Assembly: GCA_013239625.1 (NCBI GenBank)
Contig: MU054220.1
Location: 1,355,509-1,419,508, forward strand
DNA: 64,000 nt
From: Lama guanicoe
Taxonomy: Eukaryota
Direction of reading: 5' to 3'
The notes under the pieces were generated by a model. That model had not been told where the DNA came from, did not search any database, and saw nothing but the letters and a program-made list of their open reading frames with translations. This document shows, one piece after another, positions 1 to 12,688 of this stretch (its first letter is position 1; each line of letters opens with the position of its first letter). The position numbers and the translations under genes are program-made.

Positions 1-27
1 GATTAGGACCCCAACTCTGGCAGATGG

Positions 28-235
28 TAAACCTGGCTCTGCTAGTAGTACTAGCTGTGTGACCTCGAGAGAGGCATCTCACCTCTCTGGGCCTCTTTTC
101 CTCATCTGTGAAGAGAGGATAATACCAGTACCCAGCTAAAGAGACTTGGCTACCACGTGAAATAATGAACAGAAAAGTCTTAAACACCGGGCTTGACGCT
201 GACACACAGTGGCCTCGGTAAGCATGAGCTACTCT
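28..235 (+). mobile_element. MIR SINE (ancient)
   Basis: Core CTAGCTGTGTGACCT...CTCTCTGGGCCTC...CTCATCTGTGAA resembles MIR consensus. Confidence 0.8.
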
Positions 236-1529
236 AGCAGCTTCGTCACATCGTCGAGGAAGTCCGTGATCCGGTAGCGGGTAAAGATTACTGCAAATGT
301 TACTGTTCAGCCCATGCACACAGGGGGGACCTGGGGACCTGGGAGGCTAAGCCTCTTGCCCAAGGAAAAGTAATGAGAGAAAGGGCCAGAGCAAGGAGTG
401 CTGGGGAGGGAGAGATGAATTCCAACCAGGAGAAGAGCTAACACCAGAGCTGAGCTTTGAAGGATGGCTTGAATTTCTCCAGACAGGTAGAGGGGGACAG
501 TGTCTCCAGAAGTGGGAGCAACTTGGTAAAAAAAAAAAAAAATAGAAAGTGGGTGCCTCAGGCTTGGCCTTCTGAGAAGCAGGGAGGTTGAGGGTTCATA
601 GGTAGAGGAGAATTTGAAAGGCAGAATAAGTCTGGATTGGATTCGATGTGCAGCAAGGTGCAAACCCCCAGGTGCCCAACACTGCCTCCCGGCACCCCAT
701 GTACCTCAGGCTCCCCACCTGTGAGATGGGAACACACCTTCACTTAAAGGGTCTCAGTAGCTCCTACCAGGCCCACACACGGAGGAGAACAGAAGGTAAG
801 GGGACCTCAACTGTTGACTTACACACCTTGCTGTCTTTTGTTTAAACGTGATGTAATCATCATAATTCTCCAGGAATTCCGTTCCTTCCTGACTCCTCCC
901 CTTCGGGCAGAGACAGGTGGTTTGAAAGGCGTTCCTGTCCATGACAGCCAGAGGGAAGGAGAGCTTGACTTACTGCGGGTGCCACCAGGTCTTTGGACTT
1001 CCCAGGATGCTCAGACCCTACGGACCCTAAGGGTGCATCAAGGCCTCCACAACTTCATGACTTGGGTCTGCAGACAGCTCCGGGAACTCCAGCGTGCACT
1101 TTGATTTTCTCCGGGACAAAATGTATGTTCACAATTGTGTTGGTTGGAACCGGATTTCCCCACTGTGTGGTGATGAAAGAGAATAAACAGCCTTTTCAGT
1201 AAGGGGAGTTACAACCTGAATAATAAACTACCTGTTTGATCATAAACAGATCACACTGGACTAACGACCTGTATGAGACATGAAATTAATGCTGAGTAGG
1301 GGTGGTGTGAACTCCCTAAGGGCAGGGATTGTGCCTTTCTCCCCCTGGCTACTCTGTGAAGCCTCACTCAGTGCCTTCCCCGTAGCAGGAAATTTAGTAT
1401 TTAACCAGCTTCATGATTGTTATCGATGCATCCAGGGTAGCACAATGTAAAAGTTCATTTTTCCACAAGGATAAATTAGGGAGGGGTCATTCATTTTGCA
1501 AAAGGGTTTGAGACTAGGTTCTAATTTAC

Positions 1530-1780
1530 AGGTCTCAGATGTCACTTCCCCTAAAACTTCCCAGATGCCCCAACCCAGAGTTGGGTACTCTCCCCCCTCA
1601 TGGCTCCCTGTGCTAACTTAACTAACCACAGTGTTGTAATCACCCGTTACTTGACCGTCTTCCTCAAAGGACTCTAAATAAGGCCCTTGAAGACAGGGCC
1701 TGCATCTTGTTTGTCATTGTATCCCCAGTGCATGGTAGGCAGTCAAATACTACTTATTTAGCTGAGTTGAATACATTCCT
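1530..1780 (+). mobile_element. L2 LINE 3' end
   Basis: GATGTCACTTCCC...GACAGGGCCTGCATCTTGTTTGTCATTGTATCCCCAGTGC...GTTGAAT, typical L2 3' terminus. Confidence 0.75.
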
Positions 1781-2059
1781 TTGAATAACAAACTAAGGTG
1801 TTAAATGTATGTCTGTTCATACACATAGGCACACACACCCCCCAAATTCCATTTGCGAACAGCTTTTCAGGAATAAATCTACTGTGCAAAGTTCAGGGCA
1901 CATTCTCTTTGAGAATATATAATGATATTTGACCTTTTAATCATGCCCACCTTCAAGCAAAAGCTAGAGCTTTACTGAATAGGGGGCCAGGTGCATAAAG
2001 AACAAAAGGGTCAAAGCAAGAGGTTGGAGGGGAGGGTTCCTGAATGTGTTCCAAAATTG

Positions 2060-2200
2060 CCTGATAACAATCACCCGGTGGCTTATTATAATATACATCC
2101 CCGTGCCTTTCCTTAGACTGCAGAGGCTGTGGCCTGGGAATCTGTATTTTTACCCAGCTCCTTGGGTAATTCTTGCTGTGAGCAGGATTGGAAAATACTG
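2060..2200. mobile_element. MER5-like hAT-Charlie DNA transposon fragment
   Basis: GGCCTGGGAATCTGTATTTTTACCCAGCTCCTTGGGTAATTCT. Confidence 0.65.
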
Positions 2201-2234
2201 TTTACCCTAAGGCTGGCCTGCATTGCATCCCTGA

Positions 2235-2460
2235 TAATAATAAAGACCATTGATCAGGTACTTCCTAGATGCCAGGCACCACTCTAGGTATTTTACATCC
2301 ATCATTTCTCGTCTGTGTAACAACTCTACAGAATAAGTATCATTAGCAATATTTGATGAAAAATAAACTATGTCTCAGAGAGGTTCAAGTTACTTACACA
2401 AAATCACACAGCTTCAGAGAGGCAAAACCAGAATCTGAAACCATACCTTTCTTGCCACTA
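2235..2460 (-). mobile_element. MIR SINE
   Basis: TGCCAGGCACC...CTCAGAGAGGTTCAAGTTACTT...TCACACAGC reverse MIR. Confidence 0.75.
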
Positions 2461-3969
2461 TACCATGGAATCCCTCCCCTTGACATCTGTAGATAAGTTA
2501 ATATAAAGTGTTCTGTGTGTTGGCTGTTCTTATTACTTTTATCATTCCTCTCTTGGGCCTCAGTTTCCCCAGTTTTAAAATAGGAAGGGACAGAAGGTAC
2601 AAGACTTTCTACTTCATCCCCCAAGAAAGAGAAACAGTCAAGGCAACCGTGTTTAATGACAGGTCCACCATCCCAGCGGGAGGCAAGCCTGCTGGGCACC
2701 AGCCTGGAACCAGGTCACCGGCCCCGCAGGGAGTCCATTCAGCCTGGCAACCCTCAGTTTATTTTAAAAGCCACCATGAGCAAACCATTCTCCAAAGCCC
2801 TCCTAAGCGGAATGGAATGTTTCTTGGGAGTCTGATTAGCTAATGTTGCAGGCATGGCTGCCCTGAGAGCTTCCTGCCTCATAGACTTGAACTGAATCAG
2901 AAATGGAAAAGAAGACTTTTAGAAAGTTCTTTAAAAAAAAAAGTTGCACTTCATCTTTATAATAGTAACAGGATGTTTCCTGTGGACTAATAACTGGGCT
3001 GTGGTTAGAACTCCATGTTTGTGCACCAGACCTCAGTTCCTCCCTAAACAGTGCCTTAATCACCTGCCCATCACCTTGGCATGGCCTTTTTCATTTCTGA
3101 CTTCAAGCACTTGAAACATTAAGCATTTTCATATTTCTGTTTGTGTGTGTGTCGTATGTTGAGATAGGAAACAAAATTTACTTACAAAGAAACAGTAGCA
3201 TGTGATAGATTTTCAGAGTGTAGAGAGCAGAGACAGAGCCATTGTTCTCAAAAGTCCTCACCCTTTCCCAAGTTGAGGCACCCACAGGGATGAGCCCACT
3301 GGCTTCTAACACTCCCAACTGTTAGGTCCTGAGTCAAGCTCCCAGGGAGCCCAGTACCTTCGTGTTCCGGCAGAACAGGTCCCAGACCCAGGGTATCTGG
3401 AAACACAAGGAGTGGGTGACATGGAGACTTGGGGTCTAAGGGATCAGGGTTTCTTGTCCAGGGCTTGAGAATGACTTCTGCACAAAGGCCAGAAGTACCA
3501 GGCAGGGGGCAGGAGGCAGTCAAGCCTGCAGCAGAAACATCACCTCTGACAAAGAAAGGGCCGAGAGGTATAAAGACAAGAAGAGGGAGAGAGAGCAGGA
3601 GGCCTAGAGTCCAGGGCTTCTTGGCAGCTGGGTCCTTCCAGGCTTGTTAAAAATAAATTCATTTTTTTCAGGTTTGAAAAAGAAACTTATTTTTTTCAGG
3701 TTGAAAATAAAATCGTAATCACATTGGGCTGGATGTCTACAGCACCTGGGTTCCTAGAGTTAGGGCAAAAAAATCAAATTGTGTAGGAACAATTGTGTAG
3801 TGGACTCTTGCTAGTAGAGAAGAAAATACCCTGAAAATCCAAAAATGCAAATGAAAATCATACAGGATAATATAGTTACATTATGTATTTAAATGATATA
3901 TAAACATGTGTACATATATATTACATTAGGTAGATACATGCATGAGCTTTGCTCGTGGCAATAAATCAT

Positions 3970-4215
3970 AATGGCTGTGAGTATGGACTCTGGATTCAGC
4001 TGCCTGGTTTAAATCCTGGTCCTGCCATGTATTCGCTGTGTGACCCTGCACAAGTTGCTTAAGTTCTCTGTGCATCAATATCCTTATCTCTCAATGAGGA
4101 TGTTCTTGATGATAATATCGACCTCATAGGATTTTTATAAGCACTAAAATAGTTAAAGCATTTACAATACTGCCTGGAATAAAGTAAATACCATGTAAGT
4201 GTTTGCCATTATTCA
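3970..4215 (+). mobile_element. MIR SINE
   Basis: GGACTCTGGA...CCTGGTTTAAATCCTGG...GCTGTGTGACCCTGCACAAGTTGCTTAA near full length. Confidence 0.85.
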
Positions 4216-4547
4216 AATTATCTTTTTGGCAGATCTGAGGCAGATTAGTGTAATGGGGAGAATGTGCACTTTGGAGCAAATGGTCAGAGGTTCAAGTCCT
4301 ATGTTTGCTATGCAGTTTGGGCCTCCATTTCCTCATGTGAAGGATGGGATAATAATTCATCCTTGTGAAGATGAAAGGAAATGACACACACAAAGGAGAT
4401 CCGAGTGGTAAAGGCACAGTAATTGATGGAAAAAAAGAAGAAGATTGGGAGTCAGAACTGTAATATTTCATTAACAAGTGTCAGAGCACAGTCAAGTCAC
4501 TTCATTTGGGCTTAGTTTCTTATGCTGTGAAACAGGGGTGAGATGAG

Positions 4548-4965
4548 TCTATCAGTCAGGATGGGCTAGGTTATGCTGCAGTAATGAACATCTCCTCAAA
4601 TCTCAGTGACTGAAAAAAACACAAACAAGCTATGTCTTGTTCACACTACATGTCCTCACAGGTCAGCTGAGGGCTGGGCTCCACGTCATCTTCACCCCAG
4701 GAACCATCTGCTAGAACAGTGGCTCTCGGAAACGTTGTCAACTGCTGTGGCAAACAGAAAAAGAGCTTTGCAGAGGCTTGCACAGGCAATTAAATACTCC
4801 ATCCTGGAAATGACACTAATTTGTTTCACTCACAGATCGTTAGCCAGAGCTGGTCACGTGGCTCCATGCAACTACAAGGAGGCCAGGAAGTACAGTCCTA
4901 CCAGGTGCCCAGAAAGCAGAGCTAGAAACGTCTAGTGAACCATACTCATGACCGTCGCAGTGACA
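4548..4965 (-). mobile_element. ERVL-MaLR solo LTR (MLT1J/K-like)
   Basis: TATCAGTCAGGATGGGCTAGGTTATGCTGCAGTAA...AAATCTCAGTG and GGTCACGTGGC...CAACTACAAGG motifs. Confidence 0.75.
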
Positions 4966-4984
4966 GAGCCTCCACAATCCTGCT

Positions 4985-5636
4985 GTTGGAAGTGTGGTCC
5001 ACTGAGCAGCAGCACGACATCCCGTGGGAACTTGTTAGAAATGCAGGCTTTCTCGCCCCACCCCAGACCTCCTGCAATGGTGACTTTTATGAGTGGGCCC
5101 TGGGATGCCCAGATCGCTGGTTAACACTCTCTCTGGATGTGCCTGTTGGGGTACTTCCGGAAGAGACTCCCACATGAATCGGTAAGCTGAATGAAGCAGA
5201 CGGCCCTCCCCAGTGTGGGTGGGCCTCAGCCAATCTGCTGAGGGCCTGAATGGAACACAAAGGCGGAGGAGGGTTGAATTCTCTCTCTGCCTGACTGCTG
5301 AAGCTGGACGATGATTGTCTCCTGCCCCAGCGCTCCTGTTCTCAGGCCTTCAGACTCAGACTGGAATCTACACCCTTAGCTCTCAGGCCTTTGAACGACA
5401 CCACCAGCTTTCCTGGGGCTCCAGCTTGCAGATGGCCGATCATGGGGGTCCTCAGCCTCCATGATCACAGGAGCCAACTCCTTATTTTATTTGTAAATAT
5501 ATATTTTTTTCATATATTTCTTTTTCTATTGGTCCTGTTTCTCTGAAGAACCCTAATAAACCCACTAAATCAGAATCTGCATCTTAACAAGCTCTCCGGT
5601 AGGTTCCTATATACCTTCAAGTTTGAGAAGCACTGG
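4985..5636 (+). mobile_element. MER5A DNA transposon, split by an MLT2 LTR (halves ~4985-5072 and ~5561-5636)
   Basis: GAACTTGTTAGAAATGCAGG...CCCCAGACC | CTAAATCAGAATCTGCATCTTAACAAG...GTTTGAGAAGCACTG. Confidence 0.85.
5073..5560 (+). mobile_element. ERVL solo LTR (MLT2C/D-like)
   Basis: TG start, GCCCTCCCCAGTGTGGGTGGGCCTCAGCCAATC, end TATTGGTCCTGTTTCTCTGAAGAACCCTAATAAA; degenerate 5-bp TSD CCTCC/CCCAC. Confidence 0.85.
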
Positions 5637-6009
5637 CCTAGGTGGATGGCAGGACAGCGTGCTCCCTAAGCGTTGGCGCTCAGCCTCAATGGGTGACTTG
5701 TCTGACATGCTTATTTCTGGGCCCTCCTCAGAGACTCAGAATTCAGGTTCTAGTTCTAATTAGAACTCAGGGCCCAGAATTAAGAAGCTCCCAGGTGATC
5801 CAGACGCAGTTACCTTCCTGCAGACACACTTTGGGAAGATACTCTGACGTTTGTTCTCCATCTGTGGGATTTTTTTTTCCCTAGGAAGCAAAATGAATTT
5901 TGAAAGGTCTAGACTAGCACATAAACGCAGAATATGTTTAAAGAGTTTCTTTTTACTTACTTAGAAACTACAATCCAAGATCAGGAGACGGTAAGGCCTA
6001 AGATATAAC

Positions 6010-6260
6010 ACTTACCACCACTATTGGCAGCTATGTACGGGGCTATGTGCAAGCTACTTTCTACACTTTGTCTCATTTAATCCTTATTTATCTGTATATT
6101 CATAACCACAACTCTATACCATAGGCTTGATTCCTATTCTCATGATTCCCATTTTATGGTTAAGGAAACAACAGCACGTACAGTTTAAATAACTTGCTCA
6201 AAAGCACACAAGAGGCAGACACAAATCTGGCTGAAGTCAAGGCTTGTGTTAGCCACTCTG
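6010..6260 (-). mobile_element. MIR SINE
   Basis: TCTCATTTAATCCT...CCCCATTTTATGG...AATAACTTGCTCAA. Confidence 0.65.
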
Positions 6261-6609
6261 TGGTTGCTTCCCAGGGCAGATAGCCTGGCCTAAGGAGGTC
6301 CCTCTGCAGAATTCCTTCCCTACCCCCAGTAGTAGTCAGTGATGGTCTAAGGCCCCACGCGGTCCTTTAACCTTCAGCCTCTTGCCAAGGGCAGCGTGAT
6401 ACAGATGCCCCTGAATTCCCTGCACATACACAGTAAGTGAATGATTTCAAGATGGGGACATAGAGACGACTTCCTCATCTCCCTTGATTCTTGTTCATCT
6501 GCTGCTGTCATTTTCCTCTGTTGTCATTCTCGTCACTCTGTTGAAAGACGCCGTTGCTGTTCTCAGGGTTTATCACTCTGAGACTCAGAGAACTGTAAAA
6601 TGTAACACA

Positions 6610-6720
6610 CAACAAAGAACCTTGGAGGCCATCCAGTCCAACCAGCTCATTCTACAGATGAAGAAATTGATGAAGGAACTGAGGCTCAGAGAGGCTAAGC
6701 AACTGGTGAATGGTAACACA
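6610..6720 (-). mobile_element. MIR3/MIR SINE fragment
   Basis: CATTCTACAGATGAAG...AACTGAGGCTCAGAGAGG. Confidence 0.7.
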
Positions 6721-7020
6721 GCCTGTCTGTGTATCAGCAGTGCTTCAGTAACAAGGCTTCTGTCCTGCAATCTTTCTTGACAGGCTCCCTTTCCTCTGGA
6801 TGACTGATAGGGAAGAAAACAAGATCTCTCACATTCCAGGTTTCCACCCTTCTCAAATGACCTCCATTAATTTCTGGGCTGTGAAGAGATGTCAGTATGC
6901 TTGATTTAGCCAAGCCTTGAAGCTTGCAGCTACCAAAGACATACAGAACCTGAAGCATTTTTGTCTTAAGTCCCCGAGCCCTGGGCCAGAGGCTCAAGGC
7001 AAAAAGCCAGCAAAAAGCCA

Positions 7021-7060
7021 GCTGGGCTGGGCTGGGCTGGGCTGATCTGGGCTCTGGGTC
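7021..7060 (+). repeat. (GGGCT)n pentamer repeat
   Basis: GCTGGGCTGGGCTGGGCTGGGCTG read directly. Confidence 0.9.
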
Positions 7061-9489
7061 TGACTTGGCCATTGTCCTGAGCAGAGGCATCCAGCAGAGA
7101 GGAGTTTGTAGACCAGCTGTAATCCTGCTGCAGGCAAGGCTACACCCAGATGCAGGAAAAGCTACAACCAGTGTCCTCAAGGTATTGGCTTTTCTGGCAA
7201 AGCTAGATTTTCCTTACTCTGGTCCCTGCTGACACAGTGACAACCTAGAGACTCATTATGCCTGAAGCAAGACAGCCACATAGTAGAAGCATAAACCTAG
7301 ACAGGGCAGAGAAGTGACGAGATACAGCCCAGCTCCCTAATGCAATCTGGCATTTGTTACCTGGGAGGATGTCTGGCTCCTGGCCTCCTGGCCTTCAGCA
7401 TCAACCTGGGGCAGGTGTGTTCTCTGCACACCTGGAGCATACCCAGGTATTAGCCGGCCAGCTCGACCTTCTATTCCTAGAACCAGAAGGGAGTTTAGAG
7501 GTCATGCATTCAGCCCCTGATTTTACAGGTAAATAAATGAAGGCCTCAAAGAAGGTCAGTGATGGTCTAGGTTTGTAGGAAAAGTCAGCATGAGGATTAG
7601 GTTGGGAGGTGGCGTGCATAGAGAGGTGGACACACGTGCGCACGCACACATGTACACACAGCATTATGTCATTTTAAAGTTTGCGGAGTTCTTTCACATA
7701 CCGTCGAGGGTGATGCTCACAATAGTTTCACTCGTCAGGCACAGGTTCTGGTGACAGACACCGGCCCACAGCCCTACAAACAGAAACACATCCCGCCCTC
7801 TCGACACGCCTGAGAAGAGGGCTCCGTTACTCTTTCCATCATACAGATTAGATGGAGGCTCAGAAAGACTGATATTTCACCTTGTTCACACCTCAAGTAA
7901 GATTTGTGTTTGCTTGTTTGCAGATTGCAGAGGTAGCTGAAGCGAAAAGGAGGTTTTATGAGGAGAACTCCAGGGTGCCTCACAGACTCACAAGGCAGGA
8001 TTCCTGGGTATTACGCAGGGCCTCCCCGGCCTGGCAGCAAGACCTGCAAAACCACCCGCAAAGAGCCTGGGCCAGGACTCCTGCACATCTGCCTCTTGCC
8101 CGTCTCCTGCAGGCCGCCCTGCGCTGCATCTCTGGGTACTTCTTTCCAGTTTTGGTCACTTCTGTTTATGTCCTTACAGTGACTCCGAGACCATGTCCAA
8201 TCCCACTTCCCAGAAGGAACCTGATTAGCTGGCTCAGATCCCATGCCCACCTCTGGTCTAATTGATGTAGCTGAGTGGACAGGGTCGCATTATCTAACAA
8301 TCGCTACCAAAGACCCTTCCCACTGCGGGGCAGCTGCACAGACAGGGGTAGCAGTGAACTGAGCAGATTCCCCAAAGGTCGTCTGCTATGGTCACACAGG
8401 ACACACAGAGCCAGTGCTCAGACCCAGGGACTCTCAGAACAGAATGCCTTCCCATAGGACCACTAATCCCTCTGTTCCCAAGGCCACGTCCAAATACATG
8501 GCTGCTCACGCTGCACTAATCCCTGGAAGCCAAGGGACTTCCCTGCTACCCTGGAAGGATTTAGGCCACGGGCTGAGATTCAATACCAGCTATACCTGCA
8601 CACAGATCAGGGGAGGCCCCCTGGTTGGTTCCTGAGGGTACTGATGCAATTAGACAGAGAAGCAAAGGGAAGATAAAACCTACCTTCAGCTGTGGAGCCC
8701 CCGCTTCCTGCCTGCTTCTTGTCCTCTTGTCTGAGCCCTCCATTGGGGGCCCTAAAAGTGGTGGCTGACTCCGTGGGGAGCACTGCATGGGGCCATGGCA
8801 AGTGGAGGAAATCTCTGCAGGGAACCTCGAAATTAAAGGCGTGTTCAGAGGCAGACAGGAAGTTAGGATCATGGAGCCAGAGACGGCGGGGACAAAAGGC
8901 CAGAGCTGATACTGAAAGGGCAGTGGGTATGGCCAAGAAAAGAACCCGCAGCAGGAGGAGAGCAAGGAACGGGTGCCAGGCACACTGCTGGACGCCTCCC
9001 TGGCCCTGAAGGACCACGGCGGGATGGAGCGTGGGACACACACATTGTAGAATGGAATGGAAACCAGTCCAGTCTCTCTGGAAGCAGGTGGGCAATATAT
9101 ATTAAAAGTCTTTAATGATAATAACAATAATAATAAAGGTATATTTACCCCCAGAAAACCCACTGTGGTAGTTTTTCCACTGCCTAGAAAAGAGCCTGAC
9201 ACATAGAAGGGACTCGGTAAAAACCTATTTAATGAATCACTGGATGATTGACATGTGCATAAAAAGAGATGTAAGCAAGTATGTTCAGTACAGGAGTAAA
9301 TTAGAACCACCCGAAATGCCCGCCATAGGCACTAGGTAAGTATGGTAAGTCTTGTAAGAGAACACTTCATGGATACTAAAAATAATGGCATTGAAGTATA
9401 CCTATTGATTTGGAAGAATATTCTCAATATTTTGTTGGGAAAGAAAGCAGGATAAAAATAATGCTATTTTATGAAGAGAAAAACTTTTT

Positions 9490-10372
9490 TGGGGGGCTTT
9501 TCTTTTTTTATATAAGTATAGTTGCCTTACAATGTTGTGTTAGTCTCAGGTGTATAGCAACGTGATTCAGTTATATATTTTTTTCAGATTGTTTTCCATT
9601 ATAGGTTATCACAAGATATTGAATCTATTTCCCTGTGCTATGAAGTAAATCCTTGTTGCTCATCTATTTTATATATAGTAGTGTGTATATATTAATCCCA
9701 TACTCCTAATTTATCCCCATTCTCTCCCTTTCCCCTTTGGTAACCATAACTTTTATTTTCTATGTCTGTGAGTCTGTTTCTGTTTTGTAAATAAGTTCAT
9801 TGGTGTAAATTTTTAGATTGTACATGCAAGTGATATCATATGATATTTGTCTTTCTCTGACTTGTTTCACCAAGTGTGATATTGTCTAGGTCCATTCATG
9901 TCACTGCAAATGGCAATATTTCATTCCTTTTTATGGCTGAGTAATATTCCATTATGTATACATATACATGTATGTGTGTATATATATATATACACACACA
10001 CCACATCTTTATCCATTCATGTCAATGGACATTTAGGTTGCTTCTGTCTTGGCCATTGTAAATCGTGCTGCTATAGACATTGGGGTGCTTGTATGTTTTC
10101 AAATCAGTGGGGGTTTTCTAATTTAAAAAAATGTTACTGGAGGGACTATGGATTGAACCCAGGACCTCATGAATGCTAAGCACATACTTTACCATTGTGT
10201 ATACCCCAACCCATTTCAAATGAGTGTTTTTGTTTTTTCTCCAGATATATACTCAGGAGTAGAATTGCTGGGTTATATGGAGTTCAATTTTTAGTTTTTT
10301 AAAGAACCTCCATACTGCTTTCCACAGTGGTTGCACCAATTGCATTCCCACCGACAGTGCGCAAGTTTCCCT
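9490..10372 (-). mobile_element. Young cetartiodactyl-type L1, 5'-truncated
   Basis: AAGTATAGTTG..TTACAATGTTGTGTTAG 3' UTR and ORF2 C-terminus; TSD AAGAGAAAAAC 9474-9484 / 10373-10383. Confidence 0.9.
10115..10212 (-). mobile_element. tRNA-Ala-derived camelid-type SINE (short form) nested in L1
   Basis: GGATTGAACCCAGGACCTCATGAATGCTAAGCAC; duplicated TTTCAAAT(C/G)AGTG on both sides. Confidence 0.85.
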
Positions 10373-11169
10373 AAGAGAAAAACACTTTAATGTATGCACA
10401 AAGAAAAGTTAATAATGCATGAAAATTGTAACAATGGGAGATAAGATTTCAGATCATTTTAATCCTTTCTCTTTCAATTTATTTCTGTCTTCTAAAATTT
10501 CTGCCATGATCGTGTGTTACTTGTATTATTAAAAATAATAGGAGAAAAGAAAGTAACAAGGGAAAATATCTCTCATCAAAAAAAGAGTGAAGTTAGGCCC
10601 AGGGGGGATGCATACAAGTAATCAATCAGCAAATGATTTCAGAGCACTGGGTGTGTGTGGTTCGGCTTCAGCAAGGACCGAGCAGTGTCAAGCCAAGTCC
10701 CTGCCCTGCAGGAGCCGACAGTGTGAGGGCAGCAGATCCAGGGGTGGGTGGGAGACGGCTGCAGGCTCGTGCTGAGACTCTGGTGACATGAGGGCCAATG
10801 GCAGTCTTTTGCTTCCAGTGACCAGGGATCGACCAAGACAAGGCTGGGGAGGGCTAGGGATGGGAGTACCTGGAGAGCATGAGATGCAGCCAGAACCAGG
10901 GAGAACCAAAACAAAGGCCAGGAATGAAGGAGGAGAGCCAGGAACATCAGTGAGAATTGAGTTTAGCAGGGAAAAAAAAGTAAATCCAACCGTGTCTAGG
11001 GTACTGTGTTAGGGGCTATGCTAGAATCCAGGTGCCAAGGTCCCTGTTTCCACAGACTGACAGTCATGGGGATGGGGGTGGGGGTGGGGGGGAAATTGAC
11101 TGATCAGTCAATAAACAAACAAGGCAAGAGAAATACCCGACGGTAATAAGCACTATTCATTATTGAACC

Positions 11170-11570
11170 TCATCGAGATATCCCCATTGTCTTACTTCAA
11201 ACAGTAAATGTCATGGGGAAAAAAATAATATAATGAACATCCTCATACTTCTTACCTACATTCAACTGTTCTTAATATTCTGCCAAGTTTGCTTCATCTA
11301 TTTTTCTGTTGCTGTTTTTGTTGTCGATGTGTCTTAAAGCACAAACAGGATGACATTTCACCCCATAATACTCCAATACACATCTCTAAAAACTAAAGAC
11401 AGTTGTCTACTTAGCCACACTGTTATCACACCCAACACAAATCATAATAATTCCTTAATATAACCAAATACTCTGCCCATGCTCAAATATATAAATTGTT
11501 CCTAAAACTTTTTTTTTTATTGCTGGTTTTTCAAAGTAGGATCCAGTCAGCATCTACTCATTGTGTTTGA
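11170..11570 (-). mobile_element. L1MC4/5-like 3' end
   Basis: TGACATTTCACCCC..AATACTCCAATACACATCTCTAAAAA..GTTATCACACCCAAC. Confidence 0.7.
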
Positions 11571-11582
11571 TTGTCTCTCTTT

Positions 11583-11745
11583 TTAAAAATTTATTTATTT
11601 TACATCATCTTGCAGGGGGGAGGTAATGAGGTTTTATTTTTATTTCTTTACTTTTTTTTTCTTTAATGGAGGTACTGGGGATTGAACCCAGGACTTCATG
11701 CATGCTAAGCATGTGCTCTACCACTGAGCTATATCCTCCTCTCTG
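11583..11745 (-). mobile_element. Camelid-type tRNA-Ala SINE (long form)
   Basis: GGAGGTACTGGGGATTGAACCCAGG...CTACCACTGAGCTATA; TSD GTCTCTCTTT on both flanks. Confidence 0.95.
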
Positions 11746-12084
11746 AAGTCTCTCTTTAATATCTGTATCTACATCTCATCTACATCAACATCTGTATCTA
11801 TACCCAGATATCCATTGTCAGAATGATTGCTCCCCAAAGCCATGTGCCCAGAAGAGGACACATTAGAGCCAGACCCAGCCAAAAGAAACCCAGGCTACTG
11901 GCGAGTAGCAAATCCTGTGGCCTGGTCCCCTCCCATCCACTAGTAGAAGGTGACCTGAGTATGAGTGAAATCTCTAGCCCTGGAGAAAACTAAACTATAC
12001 TCTATGTGTGAGTCAGCCCCATATGAGAAGGACTGGTGACCCTCTCTCCCCTCGCCTTTCTTGGCTAGTTCAAAGAGGCAGGTG

Positions 12085-12290
12085 GGTGTAATGGAAGAAC
12101 ATAGGTAGAAAGGCCTCAACTCTGGCTCCCTGACAGTGGAGCAATGCGGTCTTGGGCAAGTCATTTCATCTCCTTGAGCCTCAGTTTCTTTACTTGCAAA
12201 ATGAAGATAATAACCACTTGTGGGGCTGCTGTGAGGGTGCAGTGAATTAACTTACCCAGCATGCCCACCCATCACAGTGCTTGGATTCTC
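12085..12290 (+). mobile_element. MIR SINE
   Basis: CTTGGGCAAGTCATTTCATCTCCTTGAGCCTCAGTTTC. Confidence 0.8.
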
Positions 12291-12309
12291 TATAAAGCTT
12301 GGAGCAGAA

Positions 12310-12688
12310 ATTGGTGCCCAGTTACCAAACTCAGTTCCTCTTCTTCGTGGAGACACAGCCAGAAGACAATTCCCAGGCTCCCTTGTGGTTAGGCGCAGCC
12401 CTGTGACCAAGATCTGGCGGTGGAATGTGAGAAAAAGTGTGCTGTGCAAGCCACCCCCAGGTTTAGCCCAGAAAACCTTCTATGTCATGGGACCATGGCA
12501 ACCCTTGAAATGCCCGGTTGAAACCAACAAAACCTCGAAGTATCCGGATCCCTGAATGACCATGTGGAGTGAAGCCCTTGCCGTCAATGAGGAATGTCTG
12601 ATTTGGACTTTACATGCATAAGAAATAAACCTTTAGAGTGTTTTTAGGATTTATCTTTCACGGCAGCCAGGTTTGCTTTAACCAATCT
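12310..12688 (+). mobile_element. ERVL-MaLR LTR (MLT1I/J-like)
   Basis: TTCCCAGGCTCCCTTGTGGTTAGG..TGTGACC..GGAATGTGAG; GAAATAAACC near the end. Confidence 0.75.

Larger units (their letters stand above)
9050..10550 (+). mobile_element. Old L1M(E)-type 3' fragments, interrupted by an L2 piece and a young L1
   Basis: GGAAGCAGGTGGGCAATATATATTAAAAG; TTGTTGGGAAAGAAAGCAG; continuation after 10385. Confidence 0.5.

Noticed and set aside
7924..8265. Possible coding exon after TTGTTTGCAG
   Set aside because: The acceptor adjoins a MIR remnant, I found no good matching donor, and the peptide is unrecognisable
8561..9310. 249-aa minus-strand ORF and overlapping ORFs
   Set aside because: Runs through L2/L1 remnants and a (TAA)n tract, non-ATG start, no recognisable homology
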